Source of the DNA: Hypanus sabinus
Taxonomy: Eukaryota
Direction: 5' to 3'
DNA length: 64,000 nucleotides
NCBI RefSeq assembly: GCF_030144855.1
Contig: NC_082713.1
Span: forward strand, 160,208,001-160,272,000
In this document: piece after piece, positions 37,065-56,305 of the stretch
How positions within the stretch are numbered: the first letter of the stretch is position 1
How the letters are laid out: each line of letters opens with the position of its first letter
Position numbers and translations under genes: made by a program
Notes under the pieces: model-generated
Told to the model about the DNA's origin: nothing
Database searches by the model: none
What the model saw: only the letters and a program-made list of their open reading frames with translations

Positions 37065-37370
37065 TGTTGCAATGTTCGCCGACTTGGCAATTAGCTCGCA
37101 GGTGTTTCATCACAGTCGAAGTGACACCCTTGGTGCACAGTTGTTGGTGTTTCTCTCTGGGAGTGCTTGTGCTCATATAGGCCCCCGTTCACTTGCCAAA
37201 GAAATGCGAGCCAATAGAATTTAAAGGTCAACTGGAAGGGTAGTCAATCAGGCCGAAGACAAGCGAATGGGGGTCTATATAAACAGGAGCACTCCCAGAG
37301 AGAAACACCAACTACACACTGAGGATGTCACCTTGACTGGTGGTGAAACGTCTGCAAGCTAACTGCAAAT
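37065..37370. mobile_element. Second Penelope-type family as an inverted repeat carrying hammerhead motifs; right arm resumes at ~38030
   Basis: ttggtgtttctctctgggagtgct mirrors agcactcccagagagaaacaccaa; CTGAGGA...GAAACGTC. Confidence 0.65.
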
Positions 37371-38030
37371 ACCTGGATTACAAATACCTGGGGATATGAA
37401 TTGACAATAAACTGGACTGGTCAAAGAACACTGAGGCTGTCTACGAGAAGGGTCAGAGCCGTCTCTATTTCCTGAGGAGACTGAGGTTCTTTAACATCTG
37501 CCAGATGATGCTGAGGATGTTCTATGAGTCTGTGGTGGCCAGTGCTATCATATTTGCTGTTGTGTGCTGGGGCAGCAGGCTGAGGGTAGCAGACACCAAC
37601 AGAATCAACAAACTCTTTCGTAAGCCCAGTGATGCTGTGGGGGTGGAACTGGACTCTCTGACGGTGGTGTCTGAAAAGAGAATGCTGTCCAAGTTGCATG
37701 CCATCTTGGACAATGTCTCCCATCAACTCCATAATGTACTGGTTATGCACAGGAGTACATTCAGCCAGAGACTCATTCCACCGAGATGTAACACTGAGCG
37801 GCATAGGAAGTCATTCCTGCCTGTGGCCATCAAACTTTACAATTCCTCCCTTGGAGTGTCAGACACCTGAGCCAATTGGCTGGTCCTTGACTTATTTCCA
37901 CTTGGCATGATTAACTTATTATTTAATTATTTATGGTTTTATATTGCTATATTTCTTCACTATTCTTGGTTGGTGTGGCTGTAACGAAACCCAATTTCCC
38001 TCGGGATCAATAAAGTATGTCTGTCTGTCT
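37370..38030 (+). mobile_element. Young Rex1 non-LTR retrotransposon 3' fragment with (tctg)n tail
   Basis: YKYLG..IDNKLDWSKN..KGQSRLYFLRRLR..FYESVVASAI.FAVVCWG...SFLPVAIKLYNSS; aataaagtatgtctgtctgtctg. Confidence 0.9.
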
Positions 38031-38410
38031 GCTGAGCTCGGTGAACACTGCAGCATCAGAAGCAATGAGACTGCATCCTAAGTTCCCTCATACATCAATG
38101 CTGTGAGGTTTCCTGCCATTTACTGTGCACTTTCCTCTTAAATTTGACCTCCCAAAGTGCACATTTGTTGGGATTCAACTCAATCTGCCACCCAAACTTA
38201 CAACTTCATGGAGTTCATAGAGTTATACTACAGAGAAAATGCCCTTTAGCTCAACAGCTCCACACCAAGGTGCCCCAGCAAGGCTAATACCATTTGCCTG
38301 TGTGTGGCCCATGAATTTCCAATCTAAACTCAAGGGTCTGCATGGTATGCATATCACAAAGACAGCCAGGGCACAATATTCATGGTCCACCTCAACCAAC
38401 AGAGGGCCTC

Positions 38411-39445
38411 TCTCAGTGGCCACTTTACTAGATACATGTAAACCTGCACGCTAATGCAATATATCTACTGTAAGTTACAACTCTAAGCATAAAAGCATGC
38501 AGACATGGTCAAGAGATTCTAGTTGTTGTCCGGGCAAAACATTAGAATGGGGAAGAAATCTGATCTAAGTGAACTTGTTGGTGCCAAATGGGGTGGTTTG
38601 AGAATCTCAGAAATTACTTACCTCCTGTGGTTTTCATACACAACAAACACTGGAATTTACAGAGAATGGTGTGAGAAACCAAAAAAAAACATCCATGAAT
38701 CCAAACTCAGGTTGGAGGAAGAACACCTTATATACCGGCTGGGTAGCCTCCAACCTGATGGCATGAACATTGATTTCTCTAATTTCTGTTAATGCCCCTC
38801 CTCCCCTTCTTACCCCATCCCTGACATATTTAGTTGTTTTTTTTTCTCTCTGCCCATCATTCTGCCTGTTCTCCATCTCCCTTTGGTGCTTCCCCCCACT
38901 TTCTCCCGAGGCCTCCCGTCCCATGATCCTTTCCCTTCTCCAGCTCTGTATCACTTTCACAAATCACCTTCCAGCTCTGAGCTTCATCCCACCCCCTCCG
39001 GTCTTCTCCTATCATTTCGCATATCCCCCTCCCCCCACTACTTTCAAATATCTTAGTATCTCTCCTTTCAGTTAGTCCTGACGAACAGTCTGGGCCCAAA
39101 ATGTCCACAGTGCTTCTCCTTATAGATGCTGCCTGGCCTGCTGTGTTCCACCAGCGTTTTGTGTGTGTTGTTTGAATTTCCAGCATCTGCAGATTTCCTC
39201 GTGTTTGCACATCCATTGAGCAGCAGTTTTGTGGTTGAAAATGCCTTTTAATGAGATGGAGTATAGTCAGACTGGTTCAAGCTGACAGGAAGGCAACAGT
39301 AACTCAAATAACCACACGTTACAACAGTGGTGTGCAGAAGAGCATCTCTGAACACACAACACATCAAACCTTGAAGTGAATGGGCTACAGCAGCTAAACT
39401 CCACTCCAGATTCCACTCCTGTACCTAATAAAGTAGCCACCTCAT
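38411..39445. mobile_element. Tc1-like non-autonomous transposon split by a Penelope insertion
   Basis: Inverted ends cagtggccactttactagatac / gtacctaataaagtagccac; MGKKSDLSELVGAKWGGLRISE HTH-like remnant. Confidence 0.65.
38697..39208 (+). mobile_element. Penelope-like element 3' end (ORF C-terminus and terminal repeat) with 8-bp duplication ACATCCAT
   Basis: KLRLEEEHLIYRLGSLQPDGMNIDFSNF*; acatccat at 38689-38696 and 39209-39216. Confidence 0.8.
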
Positions 39446-39459
39446 CTGGCACCAACAAG

Positions 39460-40120
39460 TTCACTCACAGGGTGGTGAGAGTGTGGAATAAGCTGCCAGC
39501 AGAAATGGTGGATGCAATTTCAATATTCAAGAGAAGCTTGGATAGGTGCATGGATGGGTGGGGTATGGAGGGCTATGGTCTGGGTGCAGGTCAGTGGGAG
39601 TAGGCAGTTTAAATGGTTTGGTATGGACTAGATGGGCTGAATGGCCTGTTCTTGTGCTGTAGTTTTCTGTGACTCTATCACCTCTCTGTCTCCTTCTCTC
39701 CGAGGAATAAAGTACTCGTCTGTCCAACCTTGCCCTGAAATTCAGTCTCTTGAGTCCTGGCAACATTACACTCTTTCTAGTTTAATAATGTATTTCAATT
39801 AGCAGGGCTACCACAACTGAACACAACATTTTAATTGTGGCCTCACTAGCACCCTGTGCAACTGCACGACGACCTCCCATTTTTTTTTTTCAGTCGATGC
39901 CATGACTGAAGAAGGCCAACCTACTAAAAACATTCTTCACCACCTTGTCTATTTGTGGCTCCACTTCCAGGGAACCATGTACCTGAACTGCGAGATTCCC
40001 CTGTTCTGCAACACTCCCCAGGGCTCTGCCATTTACTGTGAAGGTCCTATCTGTCTTTCCAAAACGCAATGCCTTGCACTTATCCAAGTGAAACTCAATT
40101 TGCCATTCCTCGGCCCACTT
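39460..40120. mobile_element. CR1 3' fragments in both orientations
   Basis: RVVRVWNKLPAEMVDA (+) and MLPGLKRLNFRARLDR / KCKALRFGK (-). Confidence 0.7.
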
Positions 40121-40144
40121 ATAGAAAAAGACTGATGGGCAGAG

Positions 40145-40430
40145 TTCAAAAAACTTTGAAATTTATTATCTAAGTACACATATATCACCATATACTACCC
40201 TGAGGTTTAATTTTCTTGCAACTATACTCAATAAATCCAATAACCATAACAGAATCAGTGAAAGACCACACCAATAAGACAACTCTGTGCAAATAAGAAA
40301 GTAATAGATAAACAAATAAGCAAGCAAGCAAGCAATAAATATCGAGAACATGAGATGGAGTTCTTGAAAATGAGTTCATTGTTTGTGAGAACAGTTCAGT
40401 GATTGGGCAGAGTAGAAAGGTTTTGTTCAA
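40145..40430 (-). mobile_element. Rex1/Babar-type 3'UTR fragment
   Basis: Same tail family as 4470-5350. Confidence 0.65.
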
Positions 40431-40989
40431 GCATTTTTGATAGCTATGGGAATTAGTGATGAAATATAAGCAAGTACGTAAAGAGTTAAACTCTGGGAAT
40501 GGACCAAATCTCCGTTATCTCACGTCATTTTGTGGCATCTTTTATGTGCAGATTAATTGGTACATTATACCCGTCGAAATTCACTGAGATTGAGAAAGGA
40601 CTTGAATAAACGCGTGATTCATTCTGCTGCTGATCCAAGGCTTCATTTCCCCCAGAACCAATTCTGACGGCTGCCCTCAAGACTGCTCAGGCGGCTTTCG
40701 TCGGATCTCGGCAAAACCTTTCACCCTTCTTGTTTCCATAGCTTCTCCTTCCAAATACTTACGCAGAAATTAGTTGGTAAAAAATGTCCCCTTTTAATGA
40801 AGGAAAAAGTCCTCAAAGCGACAGCGACCCCGACTTCAACTTCGGCGGGCTGCGCCGACTGATTGACAACGTCATCCAAACCCTCAGCCAATAGCAGGAC
40901 AGCCGTCATTTCCTCAGCCTCAGCCGTCGCAAAACCGGGCTGCTGCCGTAAAACGGCTCTTGATTTGTTGGGTCGGAAACCCCGTACGG

Positions 40990-41016
40990 TCTTTCTAGCT
41001 GCTGCCGCTCCGCCAG
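40990..41016 (+). promoter_or_regulatory. RPS16: RPS16 TCT initiator / 5'TOP start and non-coding exon 1
   Basis: TCTTTCT (YCTYTYY) at 40990, followed by CAG|gtgaat donor at 41017; 95-nt intron with pyrimidine tract ending tttag at 41111. Confidence 0.75.
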
Positions 41017-41115
41017 GTGAATGGGCCTAGTTGTCGGATGTGGGACCTTCAGGACTTTACACCTCTTCTGTGCCCATTGTAACTGTGTTTCTTTTCTTAT
41101 TTTAACTTTAGGAAC

Positions 41116-49111
<7,996 letters not shown>

Positions 49112-49135
49112 AATGTTTTATTTTGATTTGTGGTA

Positions 49136-49141
49136 AATAAA
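49136..49141 (+). terminator. RPS16 polyadenylation signal AATAAA
   Basis: AATAAA about 25 nt after the stop, consistent with the short 3'UTR typical of ribosomal protein genes. Confidence 0.85.
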
Positions 49142-49299
49142 TAAATAACTGTCACGCAGCCTGTTCGCTATCTTTGAAATGCTTCTCTTTATTGGTCTGT
49201 TTCACCATATTGATTAATATATCATGGTTTGTAGGATTTTTATTATATATTTCTGTTCTAACTTTGGGTTTCCTTTCTACACTTGTCTTTTAATTTTTT

Positions 49300-49505
49300 T
49301 TATTATTTATTAGAAATATAATGTGGCCCATCAAGCCATGTTACCCAGCATGATTAGGCCCAAGCCTAATCACAGGGACAATTTACAATGGCCAGTTAAC
49401 CTACTAACCGATAAGTCTTTGGACTGTGGAAGGAAACGAGTAGCCGGAGAAAATTCACGCATTCCACTTGAAAGACTTACAAACTCCCTATGGAGGATAC
49501 AGGGA
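49300..49505 (-). mobile_element. SINE (reverse)
   Basis: gggacaatttacaatggccagttaacctact is the reverse SINE domain. Confidence 0.65.
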
Positions 49506-50018
49506 TTGGAGTTTTCTTCCAAGTACTTTTATTTAAATAAATGAATTTTGCAGTCTGCGTAAGCAGAAAGTAATTCCAAGCCGGGGTTCCAAACCTCCTT
49601 TTGTGTCATGCAGCATTACCACTAACTGAGGGTCCATGGACCTCAGGTTGAGAATCGCTGTTCTAAACGTTAGCTGATGATCTAAATTTATTTATTTTAA
49701 TTACTGCTCGGCTGATCAAAGAGGAAGATTTCTGGGATAAATCAATCACTAAGACATGGGTCTGGTTTTGCTCTGTCAAGGGAATAACTTACTTTTCATT
49801 AGACCTCAACACAAACTCGTGTAACTGAGAGTATGAAGGATGTACAAATTGGGCAAGCTGAAAGGAATGGGCTTTTAAATTGTGAGTTCATATCAAAGTA
49901 AAATAATGGGGTGCTTTGTATTAAATTGATTGGAGGGAGTGACTTGTCTGTGATAGTGTTTCTCTGACCCTGCTGTTCTTAATTGCTTAAATATGTAGTG
50001 ACAAAAGCTTTGAATATA

Positions 50019-51473
50019 CAGTAGTGTGCAAAAGTCTTAGGTGCGGTGTCAAAAAAGTTCTGTAAGAGTATATGTTTTCAAAAATAAGTGAGATGTTTCT
50101 AAATATCAAAAATTTCTGTAAAACAGTAAACAGGAAAAAGCTAAATCAAATCAACATTTGGTGTGACCTCCCTTTGTCTTTAAAACGGCATCAGTTCTCT
50201 TTGGTGAATTGTTGTGCAGCTTTATAAGAATCAGCTGCTAGGTTGTTCCAAGCATCTTGGAGAATTTGCCACAGTTCTGTAGACTGGCTGTTTTGTTTGC
50301 TTCTGTCCAGGTAATCCCAGACAGCCTTTGATGATGTTGAGATTAGGGTTCTGTGAAGGTTATGCCATCGGTTGCAAAACACCTTGTTCGTTTTGCTGCA
50401 GTTAATCCTTTATGAATTTGGCCTTGTGTTTGGATAATTGTTCAGCTGCAGAATGAAGTTGGGACCGATCAGTTATCACCCTGATGGTACTGTGTGGTTA
50501 AGAATCTGCTTGTACTTCTCGGCATTGAGGATTTCATTAGTCCTGACCAGATCACAAATTCAGTTTGTAGAAATGGAGCCCCAAACCTGCAGGGAACTAC
50601 AGCAGTGGTTCACTTTTGGCTGCAAACACTCATTCATGCCCTTTCCAGCAATTCCACAGAAAAACTGCCTCTTGTTTGAGGCAAAAAACTTTTAATTTTG
50701 ACTTGCCAGTCTAGAGCACTGGCTGCCATTGTTCAGCATCCCAGTCCTTGTATTTTTGGGTGTAGGATAGTTTCTTCTTTGTTTCTACTTCAGAGGAATG
50801 GCTTTTTGGCAGCAACTCTTCCATGAAGACTACTTATGGACTTGGGTGTACAGTGGGTTCTGTGAGTTCAGAGTTGATAGCAGTGCTGGGCTTCTGGTTT
50901 TGAAAAAATGTCAGTTTGCTGTATATCTTGTCTGCTGCACTGTGGCTGACCACTGTGTTTCTGGTCCTCAACCTTGCCCATTTCTGTGCCTCATTGGAAG
51001 AGCTTGGACAGCACATCTTGGAACTTCTGTCTGCCACAAAACTTGCTCGTGAGAGACATTGCTGATGCAGGCTGACCACCTTGTGCTGACAACCTTCTAA
51101 TGCTCACTCTTGCCATAGTGTAAGAATTGATGATTTGAAGGTTACACTGCCACACCCTCATCTTTTACTTCGGTTGTTCTCTGCCCAATTTAATTCTTTC
51201 TGTTCCCATTTCTGGATGGTTTAGTTCATTCAACTCATGTCATTAATTATTAGCATCCTGTGTTATCTTTGTTTAATCTTGCACTGGGCTATATACCTAC
51301 AAAATAATCAACTTTTTATAAAAAAAACAAAATGCAGATGTCTCTACCATATTTTTTGAAAAATGAATATTTGGAGATCTAAAACTTGCCCCATTCCACT
51401 GATACTTTAATATAGAAAACAAAATTAATATTAAAAAGATCTAGGGTTCCTAAGATTACTTGATGCAGTACTG
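50019..51473 (-). mobile_element. Tc1-like DNA transposon, decayed
   Basis: ta|cagtagtgtgcaaaagtcttagg ... cctaagattacttgatgcagtactg|ta; reverse frame AVWDYLDR...ELWQILQDAWNNL. Confidence 0.8.
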
Positions 51474-53089
51474 TAGAATAGGGTGAGTACCAATAACAGG
51501 TTAGTGGGCACTAAATGAATAACCAGTTTGAAATCTTCACTTTTCTATAACGCATTACACAAAACATAGTTGTTTTAAAATGTTCAATTATCACACTTAA
51601 GTGTTGCAATTTTAATTCTGTATCATTACCTACGATGGGAAGTGTGATCAATCAGCCTTAAGATACTTGACTCTTGGAATGCAAAATATATGTCTGGAAA
51701 TACTTTTGGGTTCAAGAATTGCATTTAAAGAGAAATGAATATAAATAAAAACAAACTGGAAAGGGTTATCTGAAATTATGGAAATTAAGGGAATCTGAAA
51801 TTCCGGAATCCTGAGTAGAGCAAGGTAGAAATGTACTGTTCGATGAGCTTGGTGAAACTGGAAGAGTCCAAGAGATGTGGATTGAGAATTAAAATTGACC
51901 TTGTAGACTGGGGTGTTCTGCAAAGCAATCCGGCTTTCTGCAATGTGTAAACTATATGGTGCGCTGCAGGGGTTGTTTGGGCCAAGGGAACTGGAAAACG
52001 TGTTTTCCGCAGCTGGAAAGGGCTGTGAAGAAGGTGTAGCTGTCGAGATATAAAAGTGCTGCTTCGCAGTGACATTCTGTTGAAGAGAACGGGAATAGTG
52101 TTAGATCATGCACCAACCAAGGTGAAAGATGTGTACAAGAGAGAATCTGGAGTTACAAGAGACTACAAGTGTTGGAATCTGGAGCAACACTTGAAATGTT
52201 AAAGGAACTCGAGTTGGTTGGGCAACCTCCATGGAAGATCCTAGTCCAGATAAGAGTCAACACGAAACGTCAGTTGTCTATTTACAAAGTAGGGAAATGA
52301 GAAATTTTACATAATGGCGTAGGAGGTCTTCTCATTGTGTCCACGCTGTCCCCCAGAAGCACGATCCCATTAGTCCCAATTTTCCGCTCTTATTCTCACA
52401 AGCATGCTCATTAATTCTATTTATCATGAACCTAAGCTGAGCGATAACTTAAGAGTAAGAGAAAATATGCAGGTGCTGGAAATCCTGGTTTTAATTTACA
52501 AGCGCCTACTTGGGGTGTGATTGTATAAAGCCAAGCAGCCACAGAGAAACTGCATGAAAAACAGATAAAGGTCAGGCTCAAACCTAGGACTCTTCCATTG
52601 CGTTGCCAGCAATGAAACGTCAATAAGTGATCACAGCGCCTCTTAAATTGTCAAATGTAGTTAACACGCCGCGATGCCCGTTCTCTTGATTTTCCCGAGC
52701 CTCATCTTGGCGAGGGGAAGATCGTGGTGTAAAAGTTGTTCACATACGCACAAAGGATCGTTTTTCCCTGACCTCCACCCTCGTTCTTGTATGTTCGTCT
52801 TGAGGACCGTATCTTAAAGATCTGATTCTCCTCCCAGCGACCGGAGCAGCAAAGATATCGCAGCTGCTAGCTTTTCAAGCAGCTCCTATTGATAGGTTTT
52901 GTTGTGGCAGGTGCTCCTCTCTGAAAAGCGCCATGGTGTTATTTCTATTGAGCCTATCATTTTCCGACCAGGTGATAGCATTATAGGCACGTTAATTTGG
53001 CGTAAATGAAAAAAAAATCTGATTTGTGGACCACCATTCTAGCCTTTAGGAATGCGATCAATGACTGTTGGTTTTTGATGACGCTGTAC

Positions 53090-53500
53090 TTTTGATGGTT
53101 CTGGGCCTGTCCTCGCCGGGGTTCAGAAGAATGAGTGAGATCTTATTGAAACCTACCGAATGTTGAAAGGCTTAGGCTGAACGGGTGTGGAGAGGATGCT
53201 TGCATTAGTGGGAGAGTCCAGGACCGGAGAGCAAAGGCTCAGAATAGAGCAGAGATGATGAAGAATCTAGCTAGAGGTTGGTGAAGCTGTGGGATTCATT
53301 GTCAGCGACGGCTGTGGTGGCCAAATCATTTTGTATATTTAAAGTAAAAGTTGCTAGGTCTTGATTAGCAAGAGCGTCAAGAGTTATGCGGAGAAGGCAG
53401 AAGAAAGGGGTTGAGAGGGATAATAAATAAGCCATGATCGAATGGAGGAGCAAATTCGAGGGCCGAATGACATAATTCTGCTCTGGTGTCTATGGTCTTA
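53090..53500 (+). mobile_element. CR1 3' end fragment (CpG-retaining)
   Basis: Homologous to 20230-20650. Confidence 0.7.
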
Positions 53501-54999
53501 TGGATACTTTTGCACCTTGAATTCGCTTGATCTGAAAACTAATCCAAAACTAATCAAATTGTAGATTAAATATTTTTTCTGTATGAAGATTCTGGTTATA
53601 TGGTCATTGTTTACTGTAATTCTAATATATATTAGAATTAATTATGTATATTTATTACAGAAATCAGCAAGTAGAGTGGATGAAGTGTGCAATGTATGTG
53701 AGAGCAAACGGGAATGCAGCCAATTTTTCGCAACTTTTAATTGGGATTGTATCCCATATTTCGCATTTTCTAACTGCGACTTGCACCTTCCAAATAGTTA
53801 GTGATTTTCGGAAAATAAACGAAGCTGGCCGCGTGAAGGATTATTTATTAACCTTAGCACAAAAACTGAAAGAAAAAGTTATGTGCAACACAATTAGCTT
53901 TTTAGAATAATAGTTCTTTAAATATGTGTGGAATCTATAATCTAGCGGACACCGTATATCGTGACTCCAAATTTTGAGGGTGTTATTTCCAATATTTTTT
54001 ACTCGCAGTTGAACGGTCAAACATTCACTTTTTTTAAATCCCACGTTGATTAACACAAAAACTTAAAACAGAAGCCTTCACCGCGCTGTTGAGCGCTCTC
54101 TCAGTCGGCAAAATTTGGAAATGTCAACGATGTCAACGATAATTAACTCATTCAAAGTTTCGCTGCAACCTTCCAAAATCTGGACTATTTTATGCGATGC
54201 TATTTGGAATATCTTTAGGTGGAGTTAACATTAAGCGTAAAACAAGTGCAGTAACATGCTCCGTGAGAAACAATTGTACCTTACTGACAATTAAACCTTG
54301 AGAGGGAAGAAAATCCCACAATATATTGGCCATAAAAGTATGGGGTTAAATCTCACTTTCACTGCAGTGCTGATGCATCTCAGAAATTCATCCTAATGAG
54401 ATCAATTTATACCCATACAACGTTCAAAGTACAAGGCATCCTGCACGCGTTTAAAAAGGTCCCAAATCGTCAAATCAGGACATACCGGGCACCGTCAGGT
54501 AATTCTCTGCTATAATCTATTACTTCTTTGCTGGGAATTATTTAGCAGTGAGATAGGTTATTCTGATTTAGCAGAAAGGATCAGTTGGGTGCAAACTGCT
54601 CTCTGAGTCAGGCGATCGTGCTTTTTATTTGCATTTATTCCAAACGAAATGGTTTCGTGTTTTTCAGATTGCCTGTGTGTTATTTGTTTTCAGATTTAGA
54701 TTTATTTATCATACGTACATTGAAACGTGCAGTGAAATACTCGTTTGCGTTAACAGCCAACACACCTTGTGATGTGCTGCAAGTGTCACCGCACATTTTG
54801 GTGTCAACATAGCAAGCCACAAAATTTTCGGTAACAAAATGCTGGTAATTCGGTCGTTGTTTGGTTATTTGGCTTTAACTATAACAAATATAACAGGCTA
54901 AGACATCAAAATGTAAAATTAATGAACTATATTCTAGGCCATTCATTTTCAGAACCCGTGTTGTTCAATGATCCTGACTGGTACCCCGAGGCTGGAGAT

Positions 55000-55255
55000 T
55001 ATTTACTTATTTATTTATTGATGTAGCGCGGATTAGGCCTTTCCCATCGAGCCGCGCCGCCCAGCAATCCTCCGATTTAATCCTAGCCTAATCATGGGAC
55101 AATTTACAATGACCAATTAACCAACCGGTACATCTTCGTGAGAGGAAACCGGAGCACCCGGAGAAAACCCACACGGTCACGGGGAGAAGGTACAAACTCC
55201 TTTCAGGCAAAGCGGAATTGAACCCTGTTCGTCTGTACTGTAAAACGTCGTGCCC
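55000..55255 (-). mobile_element. SINE (reverse), CpG-retaining
   Basis: gaggaaaccggagcacccggagaaaacccacacggtcacggggaga. Confidence 0.8.
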
Positions 55256-55611
55256 ACTGGTGATAAAGTGCTGAATTATTTGAAGTGGTGTCTTTTAGAG
55301 AGAATATTAAAAACATGTTCAGAAGGATTTGCATTAGTCGAGGCATTATATTTAGTTTCAGGTGCAAACATTAGATGTTGAGTGTCTTGCAATAATATAT
55401 ATAATTTAAAATGACTGAATGGATTGTAAAACGCCTAGTGAATCGCATGTAAGTCATTCTTACAATGCTCTTTGAACTCATTTCACATCCATATAAACAC
55501 TAACCTGTGACGGATAAATGTCAGTTTGCTGGGACAATGTCTTGAACATTCCTGTACGATACCATGGCAGGTGTCACAAATATTGGTGCAGTTCGAAGGG
55601 AAGGTGGCAGG

Positions 55612-56305
55612 TAATGGTGCATAGTTCCCTGAAGGTGGAATCTCATGTCGATAGGGTGGTGAAGAAAGCTTTTGGCATGCTGGCCTTTATAAATCATTGA
55701 GTGTAGGAGTTGGGATGTAATGTTAAAATTGTACAAGGCATTGTTAAGGCCAAATTTGGAGTATTGTGTACAGTTCTGGTCACCGAATTATATGAAAGAT
55801 GTCAACAAAATAGAGAGAGTACAGAGGAGATTTACTAGAATGTTACCTAGGTTTCAGCACCTAAGTTACAGAGAAAGGTTGAAAAAGTCAGGTCTTTATT
55901 CTTTGGAGTGTAGAAGGTTGAGGGGGGACTTGATAGAGGTATTTAAAATTATGAGGGGGATAGAGTTGACGTGGATAGGCTTTTTCCATTGAGAGTAGGG
56001 GAGATTCAAACAAGAGGACATGAGTTGAGAGTTAAGGGACAAAAGTTTAGGGGTAACACAAAGGGGAACTTCTTTACTCAGGGAGTGGTAGCTGTGTGGA
56101 ACGAGCTTCCAGTAGAAGTGGTAGAGACAGGTTCGATTTTGTCATTAAAAAAAAATTGGATAGGTATATGGACAGGAAATGAATGGAGGGTTATGGGCTG
56201 AGTGCAGGTAAGTGGGTCTAGATGAGAGTAAGCATTCGGCATGGACTAGATGGGCCGAGATGGCCTGTTTCGGTGCTGTAATTGGTATATGGTTATATGG
56301 TTATA
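55612..56305 (+). mobile_element. Young CR1 3' fragment with (atggtt)n-like tail
   Basis: LYKALLRPNLEYCVQFWSP...[12 protein letters not shown]...RGDLIEVFKIM. Confidence 0.9.
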
